Positions 9,818-20,878 of a DNA stretch of 64,000 nucleotides are shown here, piece after piece. How positions within the stretch are numbered: position 1 is the stretch's first letter; every line of letters starts with the position of its first letter. The stretch spans positions 399,917 to 463,916 of the forward strand of contig QOQV01000001.1 of assembly GCA_003327435.1 (NCBI GenBank), written 5' to 3'. Under the pieces are notes generated by a model that was given only the letters and a program-made list of their open reading frames with translations, had not been told where the DNA came from and did not search any database. Position numbers and translations under genes: made by a program. Source of the stretch: Ignavibacteriota bacterium. GTDB taxonomy: Bacteria; Bacteroidota; Ignavibacteria; UBA10030; BY39.

Positions 9818-10774
9818 TTAATCCTTCATTAATGTCTCAATATGAATTTTTACAGAATTCTTCAATGCTTCGAGGTCGTATCCGCCTTCAAGGATTGAGA
9901 TTATTCTTCCTTCAGCAAATTTGTTTGCATAATTCACAACATATTCTGTCATTTTGACAAAAGATTCTTCAGTTAAGTTAATATTGGCAAGTGGGTCACT
10001 TTTATGTGCATCAAAACCAGCTGATATTATGAAAAGTTCTGGTTGATAGAGACTAAAGATTGGAATAATATCCTTCTCAAAAGCTTCAATGTATTCATTT
10101 TCACCACTACCAGCTCTCATTGGGCAATTTAATGTAAACCCTTCGCCTTTACCTTTTCCGCGTTCTGACCGAGCACCTGTTCCAGGATAAAATGGGTATT
10201 GATGTAAGCTAATATAAAATACCTGATCATCCTCGTAAAATATTTCTTGAGTTCCATTACCATGATGAACATCCCAGTCCAAAATTAAAATTCGCTTAAG
10301 ATTATATCTTTCCCTGGCATAATCTGCAGTAATTGCTGCATTGTTGAAAAGACAAAAACCCATCGGGGTATTACTCTCAGCATGATGCCCTGGTGGCCGA
10401 ACAGCACAAAAAACCCTTTTCAAAACTCCGCTCATTACAGCATCAACTGCTGAAATACAGCCACCTACTGCAAGCAAGGCAACATCAAACGACTCCATAC
10501 AAACCGGTGTATCTCCTGCATCGAGTAATTCAATAGAGTTATTATATCTGGCTTTTGCACACACTTCCTTAACAAAATTTATATGTGCTCTTGAATGAAT
10601 TTTCTGGATGGTTTCCAATTCAGCTTTATCAAAAACAAGCTGTTGCAACTTTTGCCAGAGTTTAGATTCCTGAAGTCCCTGAATAATAAATTTTAAACGT
10701 TCTGGTCTTTCAGGATGATATAATCCAGTTTGGTGTAAAAGAAATTTATCGTTGTATACAAATCCTACTTTCAT
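9818..10774 (-). CDS. Histone deacetylase family (AcuC/AphA-like) Zn-dependent deacetylase
   Basis: HPERPERL, RPPGHHA, GFCLFNN, DWDVHHGNGTQ, SAGFDAH, LEGGY. Confidence 0.95.
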   Translation of the reverse strand: MKVGFVYNDKFLLHQTGLYHPERPERLKFIIQGLQESKLWQKLQQLVFDKAELETIQKIHSRAHINFVKEVCAKARYNNSIELLDAGDTPVCMESFDVALLAVGGCISAVDAVMSGVLKRVFCAVRPPGHHAESNTPMGFCLFNNAAITADYARERYNLKRILILDWDVHHGNGTQEIFYEDDQVFYISLHQYPFYPGTGARSERGKGKGEGFTLNCPMRAGSGENEYIEAFEKDIIPIFSLYQPELFIISAGFDAHKSDPLANINLTEESFVKMTEYVVNYANKFAEGRIISILEGGYDLEALKNSVKIHIETLMKD

Positions 10775-13203
10775 TCTTCTTCAGCTGCTTCAATTTCTTT
10801 CCACTTCTCTGCGTATTCTGCTAATTTTTTATCAACCAAATAATGTATTGTACCTTTTGGATAGCTGCCATCTGGTAATTTTTTACCTGCAGGTTTGCCA
10901 GTTAATATCTCGATCCCTTCATCAATCGTTTTAATGGCATAAATATGAAAACGCCCTTTTTGAACATCTTCAACAACATCATGTCTTAGCATAAGGTCTG
11001 ATAAATTTTTATATGGAATAATTACACCCTGAGTACCTGTAAAACCTTTTTGTTTACAAACATCATAAAATCCCTCAATTTTTTCATTAACCCCACCTAT
11101 TGGCTGTATTTCGCCTTTTTGATTTACAGAACCGGTAACCGCAATATCCTGACGAATTGGTACACCAGACAAACTCGAAAGTATAGCATAAATTTCGGTT
11201 GAAGATGCGCTATCTCCATCAACACCACTATAAGATTGTTCGAATGCAATACTTGCGCTCATGACTAATGGTTTATTTTGAGCATATTTGCTTCTTAAAT
11301 ATCCGCTCAAGATTAGTACACCTTTGTTATGTGTTGGTCCACTCAATTCAGCTTCGCGTTCAATATTAATAACACCAGCTTTCCCCATTGCAGTTGTAAC
11401 CGTAATACGAGAGGGTTTGCCAAAGGAATATTCTCCCATATCATAAACTGATAAACCATTTACCTGTCCAACTACTTTACCTTTATGGTCAATCATCAGG
11501 GTTCCTTCAACAATCATCTCCTGAATTTTTTCTTCAATCATTTTTAATCTATAAGCTCTTTCTTCTATTGCACGCCTCACATGATTAAATTTCACCACAT
11601 TCGCTGCATCATTCTTTGCCCAGAAGTTTGATTCTCTTAAAACATCTGCAATTATATTAAAGCGGGTGGACATTTTATTCTGTCTGCCAGCAAGGCGTAC
11701 ACCAAATTCAACAACCTCTGCGATTGCATACTTATCAAAAGGTAATAGATTTTCTTCTTCACAAATCATTTTAATAAAACTAATATACTTTCTGATTGTT
11801 GTATTATTCCTTGGCATCTCAGTATCAAAATCTGCTCTTATTTTGAATATTTTTTTAAAATCTTCATCAGCTTCATAAAGAATTTCATAAATATATGCAT
11901 CCCCTATCATTATCACTTTCACATCAAGTTCAATAGGTTCAGGTTTTATGGTTGATGAAGTTCCGAACAAACCAGATTCTACAGACTGGATTTCAAGTAA
12001 TTGATTCCTCAATGTTCTTTTTAATGTTTGCCAAACACCAGGTTCCACAATAGTATCAAGAGCATTCAATATTAGATATCCTCCATTAGCTTTTAAAAGC
12101 GAGCCAGCTTTTATCATAGTAAAATCTGAACGCCAGATTCCATTTCTATCCACTTCTCTATCGATAGTTCCAAATACGTTTTTAAATCGAGGATTGGTTT
12201 CTATTATTACAGGGATACCCTCTGTTTTAGAATTATCCACAACAACATTAACTTTAAATTCTATAAAATCATATTCTTCGTACGATTGTTGAAATGGAGA
12301 ACCTTGTTGTGGTTGTTGGGGTAAAAACTTTTCCAAATTAGAAAGTATAAATGCTTCTAGGTCATCGAGAAACTCTTTTAACTTTTCACATTCATATTTC
12401 TGGCAAATTGCTTCAATGTGTTCTTTTAGCAAAGGCATAACCGATTTTATTCCCAACTCTTCTAAAGATTCATTTAATTTTCTTTCAATATTACGCATTT
12501 CCCTGAAAACAGATTCCATCTGCGTTTCAAGTTTCTTCCTTTCCTGAATTAATTGATCAAGTTTCTCCTGTGATAATTCTCCCTGTTTGATTAAAGCTTC
12601 TATCTGTTCAAAATTTACAGGTGCATTGTTAATTACAGGTGCAATATCTGGACGAAGCGATGAACCAACCTGTACCTGAATTACCTCAAATCCCTTTGCT
12701 TTTACCTTATCCTCAAATTGTTTTAAAATTGTCCGCTGCCGGCTCTGGAAATGTTCAATTATTCTTTTACGTTCTTCCTGGTATCTTCGACTTTCAAAGA
12801 TTGCTGGAATATCTTTTAATAACTCTTCCAAAAAATCATTCATATCTTTCTTCAATTGATTTCCCTGTCCCGCCTTTAACTTTACAAGATGTGGTTGATC
12901 TGGATTATCAAAATTATATAGGTAACAAAAATCGTATAGTTGGACTTTCTTGTTTTGAAAATCCTTTAGTAATCTTTTAATAGTTGTAGTCCTGCCGGTT
13001 CCAGAAAATCCAGTAACAAAAACATTGTATCCGAAGTGTTTTATCTCGAGCCCCACTTTCAGGGATCTCAAGGCTCGTTCCTGTCCAATTATATCTTTTG
13101 TAAATTTAACATCATCTGTAGTTTTAATTTTCAATTTGTTTGGATCAAATTTCCATCTAAGTTTTGAACTCTGGACTTCATATTTTTTGAAATTCAACTT
13201 CAT
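10771..13203 (-). CDS. Lon-like protease, LonC/AAA_32 type
   Basis: IIGQERA, degenerate Walker A GFSGTGRTT, GSLLKANGG, DGDSAS (catalytic Ser), GGVNEKIEGF (catalytic Lys). Confidence 0.9.
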   Translation of the reverse strand: MKLNFKKYEVQSSKLRWKFDPNKLKIKTTDDVKFTKDIIGQERALRSLKVGLEIKHFGYNVFVTGFSGTGRTTTIKRLLKDFQNKKVQLYDFCYLYNFDNPDQPHLVKLKAGQGNQLKKDMNDFLEELLKDIPAIFESRRYQEERKRIIEHFQSRQRTILKQFEDKVKAKGFEVIQVQVGSSLRPDIAPVINNAPVNFEQIEALIKQGELSQEKLDQLIQERKKLETQMESVFREMRNIERKLNESLEELGIKSVMPLLKEHIEAICQKYECEKLKEFLDDLEAFILSNLEKFLPQQPQQGSPFQQSYEEYDFIEFKVNVVVDNSKTEGIPVIIETNPRFKNVFGTIDREVDRNGIWRSDFTMIKAGSLLKANGGYLILNALDTIVEPGVWQTLKRTLRNQLLEIQSVESGLFGTSSTIKPEPIELDVKVIMIGDAYIYEILYEADEDFKKIFKIRADFDTEMPRNNTTIRKYISFIKMICEEENLLPFDKYAIAEVVEFGVRLAGRQNKMSTRFNIIADVLRESNFWAKNDAANVVKFNHVRRAIEERAYRLKMIEEKIQEMIVEGTLMIDHKGKVVGQVNGLSVYDMGEYSFGKPSRITVTTAMGKAGVINIEREAELSGPTHNKGVLILSGYLRSKYAQNKPLVMSASIAFEQSYSGVDGDSASSTEIYAILSSLSGVPIRQDIAVTGSVNQKGEIQPIGGVNEKIEGFYDVCKQKGFTGTQGVIIPYKNLSDLMLRHDVVEDVQKGRFHIYAIKTIDEGIEILTGKPAGKKLPDGSYPKGTIHYLVDKKLAEYAEKWKEIEAAEEE

Positions 13204-13221
13204 ACAGTTCCTTTGAATTTG

Positions 13222-14439
13222 TTAATATTCTTTTCTATTTGCGTAAATATTTAAGAGTAGACCTGCCATAATTAATGATGAGAATAAGAAAGAACCACCA
13301 TAACTCAAAAACGGTAAAGGTACTCCAATCACCGGCATAATTCCCATCACCATTCCGATATTAATTACAATATGTACCAGAAAGAATGATACAACACCAA
13401 ATGCAACTAAACTTCCATATTTACTTTTTGCAGTACTTGCGATATGAATCGCACGATATAAAAGATAAAAATACATTAATAGTATAAAAAAAGCACCAAT
13501 AAAACCAAATTCTTCAGCTGGAACACAAAAAACAAAATCAGTCCACTGAGCAGGAATAAAGTTCAACTGGGTCTGAGTCCCCTGTAAAAAACCTTTTCCT
13601 ATGATACCACCCGAACCAATAGCAATTTTCGATTGAATAACATTATACCCTGCATTTAAAGGATCCGATTCAGGATTTATAAAAATATCGATCCTTTTCT
13701 GCTGATATGGTGCGAGTTTTCCATAGACATATTGAACTGATATTCCAATAAGTACAGTAATAGAAAATATAATTGCAGATATTAATTTATTTTCCCTTTG
13801 TAAGAATAAAACAATCAGTAACAATAGAACCACAATTAAGAAATATGTTATTCCGAATAATGCAGAGACCGCTGCTAATGTTGGGGCAATAATCCCTAAC
13901 ATCAAAGTATTGGACACCCCTGCCCAATAAAGTATCGAAATTAAGCTTGCTATAAAAATCAAAGCGGTACCGGTATCAGGCTGACGAATAATTAAAACAA
14001 CGGGTAACAGTACAAATGTAAAGGATAAAAGTATATACTTCATTCTGCGTAAATTTACCTTTTTATCTGATAAGAAATAAGCCAGAGCCAGAATTACTGC
14101 AACCTTGGCAAACTCTGATGGCTGTATGCCAACATTTCCAAATCCAAACCAACTTTTGGAGCCAGCCACTGATTTACCAATTAAAAGAACTAAAAATAAC
14201 AATATTATTGATAATATATAAATTGGATAAGAAAGTAGCTGAAGAGTTCTGAATGGAATGAATGTAATAATTATCATAAAAAGAAATCCAAATCCAGCCC
14301 AAACTAATTGACGGTTAAAATAATCAGATGCGCCAGTATCATAAGTAGCTGAATATATTGATAACAAACCAATACCAACAAGTATCACAACCGTAATCAG
14401 TACCCCAGCATTGATTTTTTCTTCAAACCAATTTTTCAT
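13222..14439 (-). CDS. rodA: Rod shape-determining protein RodA (SEDS glycosyltransferase)
   Basis: IQPSEFAK, QPDTGT, TDFVF, AEEFGF, PLPFLSYGGS; follows mrdA. Confidence 0.95.
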   Translation of the reverse strand: MKNWFEEKINAGVLITVVILVGIGLLSIYSATYDTGASDYFNRQLVWAGFGFLFMIIITFIPFRTLQLLSYPIYILSIILLFLVLLIGKSVAGSKSWFGFGNVGIQPSEFAKVAVILALAYFLSDKKVNLRRMKYILLSFTFVLLPVVLIIRQPDTGTALIFIASLISILYWAGVSNTLMLGIIAPTLAAVSALFGITYFLIVVLLLLIVLFLQRENKLISAIIFSITVLIGISVQYVYGKLAPYQQKRIDIFINPESDPLNAGYNVIQSKIAIGSGGIIGKGFLQGTQTQLNFIPAQWTDFVFCVPAEEFGFIGAFFILLMYFYLLYRAIHIASTAKSKYGSLVAFGVVSFFLVHIVINIGMVMGIMPVIGVPLPFLSYGGSFLFSSLIMAGLLLNIYANRKEY

Positions 14440-14441
14440 AA

Positions 14442-16253
14442 TTAATCATTTGTATGTTCTAAATCAGTTTTTGTTAGAGTTATCTTTGGTTGTTTATTGC
14501 GAATTATTTCACCGTATAAATACTGCTCAATGCATAAACCTGCTATAGGAGCTGCATAAACCCCGCCAAAGCCAACATTTTCAACCAAGACACAAATCGC
14601 AATTTTGGGATCTTCATATGGAGCAAATCCGATAAACCAGGCATGATCCTTACCATGAGGATTTTGAGCAGTTCCAGTTTTACCTGCAACATTTACACCT
14701 GGGACTCTTGCAGCAGCACCAGTTCCGCCAGGTAAATTAACTGCACGGTAAAGTCCTTCACGAACAAATTTCCACACTTCTGGATGTAATTCTATTTGTT
14801 TATATTGAACATCCAGTTTTTTTATTTCTCCACTTTTCTTAAACTTAATTTTATTTACTACATGTGGTTTGTACAATTTCCCTTGATTGGCAAGTGCCAT
14901 AGCATAGGATGCTAATTGGATTGGTGAAACTCCCAATTCACCCTGACCAATTCCTAAACTCACAGTGTAACCAAGTGTCCATTTCCCTTCTCCATAAACG
15001 CGATTATAATAAGTTTCTGACGGTAATAGTCCAGCATTTTCTTCCATAATATCAATTCCGGTTGGTTTACCGAAGCCAAACATTCCAGCATACTCAGACC
15101 ATTTGTCCAATCCAACCTTAAGCATCATTTGATAAAAGAAAACATTACAGGATCTCTGAATTGCTTCGATAACATTTGTTGAACCGTGTACATGCAAATC
15201 TTTAAATATTTTATTTCCGAATCTAAATGCTCCTGTACAATTTATTCGATAGTTCTGATCTATAAACTTCTCCTGCAATGCTGCTATTGCTAAGATCATC
15301 TTAAATGTCGAACCGGGAGGATAATTTGTCAGTGTGGCTCGATTAAAAAGGGGTTTATTTTTGTCTTCTATTAAACTCTTCCATAATTCAACAGGTGTAA
15401 CCCCAGATAATAAATCTAAATTAAAATCTGGTTTGCTCACCAGGGCAATTATGCCACCATCTCTGGGGTCAATCGCAACAACTGCACCTATAAAATTAGA
15501 AAGTAATGATTCAGCAAGAGCTTGAACTTTTGCATCAATTGTTAATTCTAAATCGTCTCCTTCAAGCGGTGCCTTATCATCTTTCCCATCATTATAACTA
15601 CCAATCATTTTACCTTTGGAATCCACAATTATCAAATTATATCCTTTCTCACCTCTTAAGTATTTCTCATATTGTGCTTCAATACCAGTAGCGCCGATGA
15701 TGTCTCCTCTTCTGTACAAATCCCCAGCTTTGGCTAATTGCTCATCTGATATTTCTCTAAGATAACCGAAAATATGAGATCCTCTAATATTGGGTGGGTA
15801 AGCTCTTTTCGATTCAACGATATAATCAACACCAGGAAGTTCTTCATGATTTTCTTCAATAAACGAAAGCGTTTTGAAATCGACATCCCTTTTTACTTTT
15901 GCCGGAGCAAACTTATTATATTTTGCTTCACGATTAATTTTATTCATTAACTCTTGTTGATCTATAGCAAGAATATCTGAGAGTAATTTGAGTTTTGTTG
16001 TATCAAACTCAGCTGGTACAACTGTAACTGTATATGCCGGACGATTATCTACAATTAAATTACCATTACGATCATACATATAACCTCTAAGGGGAGTCAC
16101 AACAACCTTACGGATACTATTTTCCTCGGACATCCTACCGTACTTTTCTCTGTAAATTATCTGTAACTGGACTAATCGAACAGTAAATAAGAGAAATATC
16201 AGAGAAACAAAAAATAGAATCACCTTTTTTCGGGAAGATGTATATTCAAACAT
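14442..16253 (-). CDS. mrdA: Penicillin-binding protein 2
   Basis: PGSTFK (SxxK), SCN (SxN), KTGTAQ; position in the mre operon. Confidence 0.95.
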   Translation of the reverse strand: MFEYTSSRKKVILFFVSLIFLLFTVRLVQLQIIYREKYGRMSEENSIRKVVVTPLRGYMYDRNGNLIVDNRPAYTVTVVPAEFDTTKLKLLSDILAIDQQELMNKINREAKYNKFAPAKVKRDVDFKTLSFIEENHEELPGVDYIVESKRAYPPNIRGSHIFGYLREISDEQLAKAGDLYRRGDIIGATGIEAQYEKYLRGEKGYNLIIVDSKGKMIGSYNDGKDDKAPLEGDDLELTIDAKVQALAESLLSNFIGAVVAIDPRDGGIIALVSKPDFNLDLLSGVTPVELWKSLIEDKNKPLFNRATLTNYPPGSTFKMILAIAALQEKFIDQNYRINCTGAFRFGNKIFKDLHVHGSTNVIEAIQRSCNVFFYQMMLKVGLDKWSEYAGMFGFGKPTGIDIMEENAGLLPSETYYNRVYGEGKWTLGYTVSLGIGQGELGVSPIQLASYAMALANQGKLYKPHVVNKIKFKKSGEIKKLDVQYKQIELHPEVWKFVREGLYRAVNLPGGTGAAARVPGVNVAGKTGTAQNPHGKDHAWFIGFAPYEDPKIAICVLVENVGFGGVYAAPIAGLCIEQYLYGEIIRNKQPKITLTKTDLEHTND

Positions 16254-16743
16254 TTTTTACCATATTATATTTTCTCGAAAAATAAAGGACAAGAAAGACG
16301 CTGACAACTGAAGTATAAAACGCTGTGGCTATACCAAATTTTAAAACTGTATTCCAGAAATTAAATTCCGTCCCCTGAACAAATACTATGTAGTAAATAA
16401 AATTATGCATCAGTGAAACCAATAAAACGATTAATATAAACCTGTAACTACCTAATGTTAATTGTGTTTTGTTTGGATTAAAAAATGATCCAGCAATAAA
16501 TGCTGCTATTACTTTACTTAGAGAAGATAATCCTAAAACACCTCCTGTAGTTAAATCAAATACAATACCTAAAATGAAGGCATAAATCATTGCATTCATA
16601 CGCCCTTCAACAAGAGAGATGAACACAATAAATATAAGCAAAAAATCCGGTGCGATTCCTTGCAATGTGATAAAATTTGCAAAAGTACTCTGTAATATCA
16701 ACAATAAAATAGCAACAGTAATATATTTTATCTTTCGGTTCAT
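16246..16743 (-). CDS. mreD: Rod shape-determining protein MreD
   Basis: Hydrophobic 165-aa protein with PDFLL and G..FD motifs between mreC and mrdA. Confidence 0.88.
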   Translation of the reverse strand: MNRKIKYITVAILLLILQSTFANFITLQGIAPDFLLIFIVFISLVEGRMNAMIYAFILGIVFDLTTGGVLGLSSLSKVIAAFIAGSFFNPNKTQLTLGSYRFILIVLLVSLMHNFIYYIVFVQGTEFNFWNTVLKFGIATAFYTSVVSVFLVLYFSRKYNMVKNV

Positions 16744-17576
16744 TATTTTTTGCTTAAAACTTTCTTCTCTAAAGACACTTTTTGCGTATCAATTACAGCA
16801 TTTATTATAAAAACTTCTTCAAGAATTGTAAAATCAACAGCAGGTTTTACATAAATATTTTTAAAAAGATTTAACGGATTTTCTGTAGCTGATACAACTG
16901 TCCCAACTTTTAAGCCTGGTGGAAAAACATTACTATATTCAGAGGTAATTACAACATCACCAATCTCCACATCTTGTTTTTTTGAAATGTTTTTTATAAT
17001 CAAAAATTCACCTCCATCCCATGCGAGTATTCCATCTACACGACTCCGCTGTATCTTGACACTTGTTCTAAAATCACGATTATAAAGTAACTGTCCAACA
17101 GAATAGTCACTACTAACTGCTATAATTTTCCCAACAATACCCTGCGGCGAAACAATGGGCATATTTATATCTATACCATCCTTACTCCCAACATTCAGTG
17201 TCAAAGTGTTTTTTTGCAGGTGAAGAGTTTTTCCTATCACATCAGCAGCAACTAAGGAATATTTTGATTCTTCTTTAAACTTCAGAAGCTGTCTTAACCG
17301 TATATTCTCAAGTTTTGCTTCCTTTAATTTACTGACCTCATCCATAAGTGTTACATTCATTTGATGAAGTATTTCGTTCTCACGTTTCAAATCAATAATA
17401 TTAGGTAAAATCTTTGCAGTATTCTGGGCAAATCCAATCATCCCTATTGTCAGCGTGCGAATTCTCTTAATCTGAATGTTATCGTTAAGAGATAAAAAAA
17501 TTATTGAGAGGATTATGAAAAATATGAGTAGAAAATATTCTTTAAATTCAACTATTATTGTGAAGAATCTCTGCAT
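16743..17576 (-). CDS. mreC: Rod shape-determining protein MreC
   Basis: TM anchor, coiled coil (ENIRLRQLL), GIVGKI, TSEYSNVFPPG. Confidence 0.93.
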   Translation of the reverse strand: MQRFFTIIVEFKEYFLLIFFIILSIIFLSLNDNIQIKRIRTLTIGMIGFAQNTAKILPNIIDLKRENEILHQMNVTLMDEVSKLKEAKLENIRLRQLLKFKEESKYSLVAADVIGKTLHLQKNTLTLNVGSKDGIDINMPIVSPQGIVGKIIAVSSDYSVGQLLYNRDFRTSVKIQRSRVDGILAWDGGEFLIIKNISKKQDVEIGDVVITSEYSNVFPPGLKVGTVVSATENPLNLFKNIYVKPAVDFTILEEVFIINAVIDTQKVSLEKKVLSKK

Positions 17577-17581
17577 TAAAT

Positions 17582-18607
17582 TTAATATCTTCTACTTTTA
17601 ATGAGCACCTTGGAATAATGATTGAGGTTTTCTAAAACTTTTCCAGTACCACGTACAACTGTTGTCAGTGGATCCTCAGCAATATGGACAGGTAGGTTTG
17701 TTTCAAGGCGAACTCGTTCATCAAGTCCTTTAAGTAAAGCACCTCCACCGGATAGCACAATTCCTCTATCAAGAATATCTGCAGCTATTTCAGGAGGTGT
17801 TCTTTCGAGTGTAAGTTTTATTGCATCAACGATTTGTTGAACAGATTCACTTAATGCTTCTCGAATTTCAACTGAAGAACCCTCAGTGGTTTTAGGTATA
17901 CCATTAACAAGATCCCTTCCCTTAACCTGTATTGAGATTTCTTCTTCAAGAGGCATTGCGCTACCAACTTCACACTTAATTGCCTCAGCAGTTCTTTCAC
18001 CAATAAGTATATTATGATTCTTTTTAAAAAATTGGATAATTGCATTATTCATTTCGTCACCTGCGATTCTAATTGATTCTTCGGTGACAATTCCTGAAAG
18101 TGCGATTACAGCGATTTCTGTTGTACCACCACCAATATCCACGATCATATTTCCTACTGGTGCATCCACATCCATTCCGACACCAATTGCTGCTGCCATC
18201 GGTTCAGCAATTAGATGAACTTCCTTTGCCCCTGCGTGTTCAGCTGAATCTCTAACAGCACGTTTTTCTACTTCAGTTACTCCACTAGGAACAGAAATTA
18301 CAATTCTACGACTTGGTAACCAGCTCGAGTGAATTTTTTTAATGAATTCTCTTAACATACCCTCAGCTATTTCGAAATCAGCGATCACGCCATCTTTCAT
18401 CGGTCGAATTGTACGAATATCGCGATGAGTTCGCCCAACCATTTCCCTTGCTTCGTTACCGATAGCAACAATTTTTTTTGTGTTTCTATCAAACGCCACT
18501 ATGGACGGTTCGTTCAGAACCACCCCTTTACCTTTCATATAAATTAATGTATTAGCAGTACCTAAATCTATTGCCAAATCCGCTGAAAAAAAAGAAATTA
18601 AGCCCAT
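17582..18607 (-). CDS. mreB: Rod shape-determining protein MreB
   Basis: IDLGTANT, EPMAAAIG, DIGGGTT, GGGALL. Confidence 0.98.
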   Translation of the reverse strand: MGLISFFSADLAIDLGTANTLIYMKGKGVVLNEPSIVAFDRNTKKIVAIGNEAREMVGRTHRDIRTIRPMKDGVIADFEIAEGMLREFIKKIHSSWLPSRRIVISVPSGVTEVEKRAVRDSAEHAGAKEVHLIAEPMAAAIGVGMDVDAPVGNMIVDIGGGTTEIAVIALSGIVTEESIRIAGDEMNNAIIQFFKKNHNILIGERTAEAIKCEVGSAMPLEEEISIQVKGRDLVNGIPKTTEGSSVEIREALSESVQQIVDAIKLTLERTPPEIAADILDRGIVLSGGGALLKGLDERVRLETNLPVHIAEDPLTTVVRGTGKVLENLNHYSKVLIKSRRY

Positions 18608-18627
18608 TTGTGTTTATTTTTATTTTG

Positions 18628-20193
18628 TTAATGTTTAAAATGTCTAATTCCAGTAAAGACCATTGCCATATTTTTCTCATCCGCTGCTTTTATAACCTCA
18701 GCATCTCTTATTGAGCCACCTGGTTGTATTACAGCAGTTACACCAACCTTTGCCGCTTCTTTGATGCTGTCAGGAAATGGGAAAAATCCATCTGATGCCA
18801 TTGCTGAACCTTTCAAATCTAACTTAGCTTTTTTTGCTTTCAGGATTGCAAACTTTGTTGAATCGACTCTCGACATCTGACCTGCACCAACCCCGATAGT
18901 TCTATCTGGTCTGGAGAAAACAATCGCATTAGACTTTAAATGTTTGACAACTCTCCATCCATAAAGCATCGCGGATATTTCTTCTTCGGTCGGTTGGCGT
19001 TTTGTGACTACTTTCAGATCATTCCGAGAAATATTCTCACGATCAACTTCCTGAACCAATATCCCACCAGCAATTTTCTTTATACTTATTTCCTCATCGA
19101 GCGGTTTAAGTGAACGAATCAATCTTCTGTCTTTCTTCTTTCTTAAAAATTCTAACACTTCTGGTGGAAAATTTGGAGCTATAATTACTTCAGTAAAAAG
19201 TTCGTTGACAGCTTTAGCTGTTTCAAGATCCAGTTCGCGATTAAATGCTATTACACCACCAAATGCTGCTTTAGGATCAGTTGTATACGCTTTTTGATAT
19301 GCGTTAAACAATTTATCGTCTGAACCCACACCACAAGGATTTGTATGCTTGATTATTGCAGCAGTTGGTTCTGTGAACTCAGATATCAGTTCGTATGCAG
19401 CTTCAATGTCAACTATATTATTAAAGGATAATTCTTTTCCATGTAATTTCTCAAAGTAATTATAAAAGTCACCATACAACGCAGCCTGCTGATGAGGATT
19501 TTCTCCATATCTTAACTCACTTACTTTTCGATACAATAATGAAAATGTCTCAGGCATTTTTTTATTTGACTCACCAATTGACGAGAAATACTTAGCAACA
19601 TATGCCTCATATCTGAATGTATACTGAAAAACTTCTTTAGCAAATTCAAGTCGTGTATTATAAGAAACACAACCCTTATTCTTTTTCAATTCTTCAATTA
19701 AAATATTATAGCGAGATGGATTACATATTACTACTTTATTTTCGAAATTTTTCGCCGCAGCACGCAATAATGCCTGTCCACCTATATCAATCAACTCTAT
19801 TGCTTCTTCTAATGGCAATGATTGTTTTAATGATTGCTTATCAAACGGATAGAGATTTACAACCACAAGATCTATTGTTGGAATTTCTAGTTTTTCTACT
19901 TCTTTAATATGCTCAATATTGTTTAAATTTGCCAAGATTGCTCCAAAAATTCTGGGATTCAGGGTTTTTACCCTACCACCTAAAATTTCTGGAAAACCTG
20001 TAAAATCCTCAATTGTCTTGACACTTATTCCACTCTTCAGCAATTCATTATAAGTACCACCTGTTGAGATTATCTCAATATCCCACTGTAGTAAGCCCTT
20101 TACAAAATCAATCAGGCCGGACTTATCTGCTACGCTTATCAAAGCTCTTTTGATTTTGAGTGTGGTGATTTTCGTTGTTTGATTAATATTCAT
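18628..20193 (-). CDS. purH: Bifunctional AICAR formyltransferase/IMP cyclohydrolase
   Basis: RALISV.DK, GRVKTL, IDIGG, LRYGENPHQ, KHTNPCG, RHFKH. Confidence 0.97.
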   Translation of the reverse strand: MNINQTTKITTLKIKRALISVADKSGLIDFVKGLLQWDIEIISTGGTYNELLKSGISVKTIEDFTGFPEILGGRVKTLNPRIFGAILANLNNIEHIKEVEKLEIPTIDLVVVNLYPFDKQSLKQSLPLEEAIELIDIGGQALLRAAAKNFENKVVICNPSRYNILIEELKKNKGCVSYNTRLEFAKEVFQYTFRYEAYVAKYFSSIGESNKKMPETFSLLYRKVSELRYGENPHQQAALYGDFYNYFEKLHGKELSFNNIVDIEAAYELISEFTEPTAAIIKHTNPCGVGSDDKLFNAYQKAYTTDPKAAFGGVIAFNRELDLETAKAVNELFTEVIIAPNFPPEVLEFLRKKKDRRLIRSLKPLDEEISIKKIAGGILVQEVDRENISRNDLKVVTKRQPTEEEISAMLYGWRVVKHLKSNAIVFSRPDRTIGVGAGQMSRVDSTKFAILKAKKAKLDLKGSAMASDGFFPFPDSIKEAAKVGVTAVIQPGGSIRDAEVIKAADEKNMAMVFTGIRHFKH

Positions 20194-20812
20194 TATTAAT
20201 AATTTCTTTTTCTATAAATTTTCCTTCAACAAATAATTTTATTGCTTCAGGATAAATTCTGTGTTCTATCTCTTGAATTTTCTTTTGAAGAGATTCTGGT
20301 GTTTCATCTGGATCTAACTCTATACTATCCTGTAACACAATCGGACCGTGATCATACTCCTCATCGACAAGGTGAACTGTTGCTCCAGATATCTTTTCCC
20401 CACATTCAATCACTGCTCTATGTACATTCAAACCATACATACCCTTACCACCAAATTTTGGTAAAAGTGCAGGATGAATATTTAAAATTCTATCTTTATA
20501 TTTCCTAACAATTCTTGGACTTAACAGCTTCAAATAGCCAGCAAGCACAATAAAGTTAACAGAATGCCTAATCAAAACTTCAATTATTGCTGCATCAAAA
20601 TCATCAGAATTTGAATAATTTGATTGGCTTATATAATAAGCTGGAATGTTGTTATATTTTGCAATTTCAAGTGCACCGGCATCCTTCTTATTACTTATTA
20701 CACAAACAACTGCAGTGTTTATAAGTCTGCGTTCTTTAATTGCATCAAGGATTGCTTTCAGGTTACTTCCTTTCCCTGAAGCAAACACTGCTATTTTCAA
20801 CTCTTCAGCCAT
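20183..20812 (-). CDS. purN: Phosphoribosylglycinamide formyltransferase
   Basis: ASGKGSNL, LAGY, NIHPALLP, HLVDEEYDHG. Confidence 0.97.
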   Translation of the reverse strand: MAEELKIAVFASGKGSNLKAILDAIKERRLINTAVVCVISNKKDAGALEIAKYNNIPAYYISQSNYSNSDDFDAAIIEVLIRHSVNFIVLAGYLKLLSPRIVRKYKDRILNIHPALLPKFGGKGMYGLNVHRAVIECGEKISGATVHLVDEEYDHGPIVLQDSIELDPDETPESLQKKIQEIEHRIYPEAIKLFVEGKFIEKEIINNEY

Positions 20813-20878
20813 TCTTCATTATTTTGTTATTTTATTATCTTATTAAATTTAATGATATTTTAAAGAATAATCAAAATT

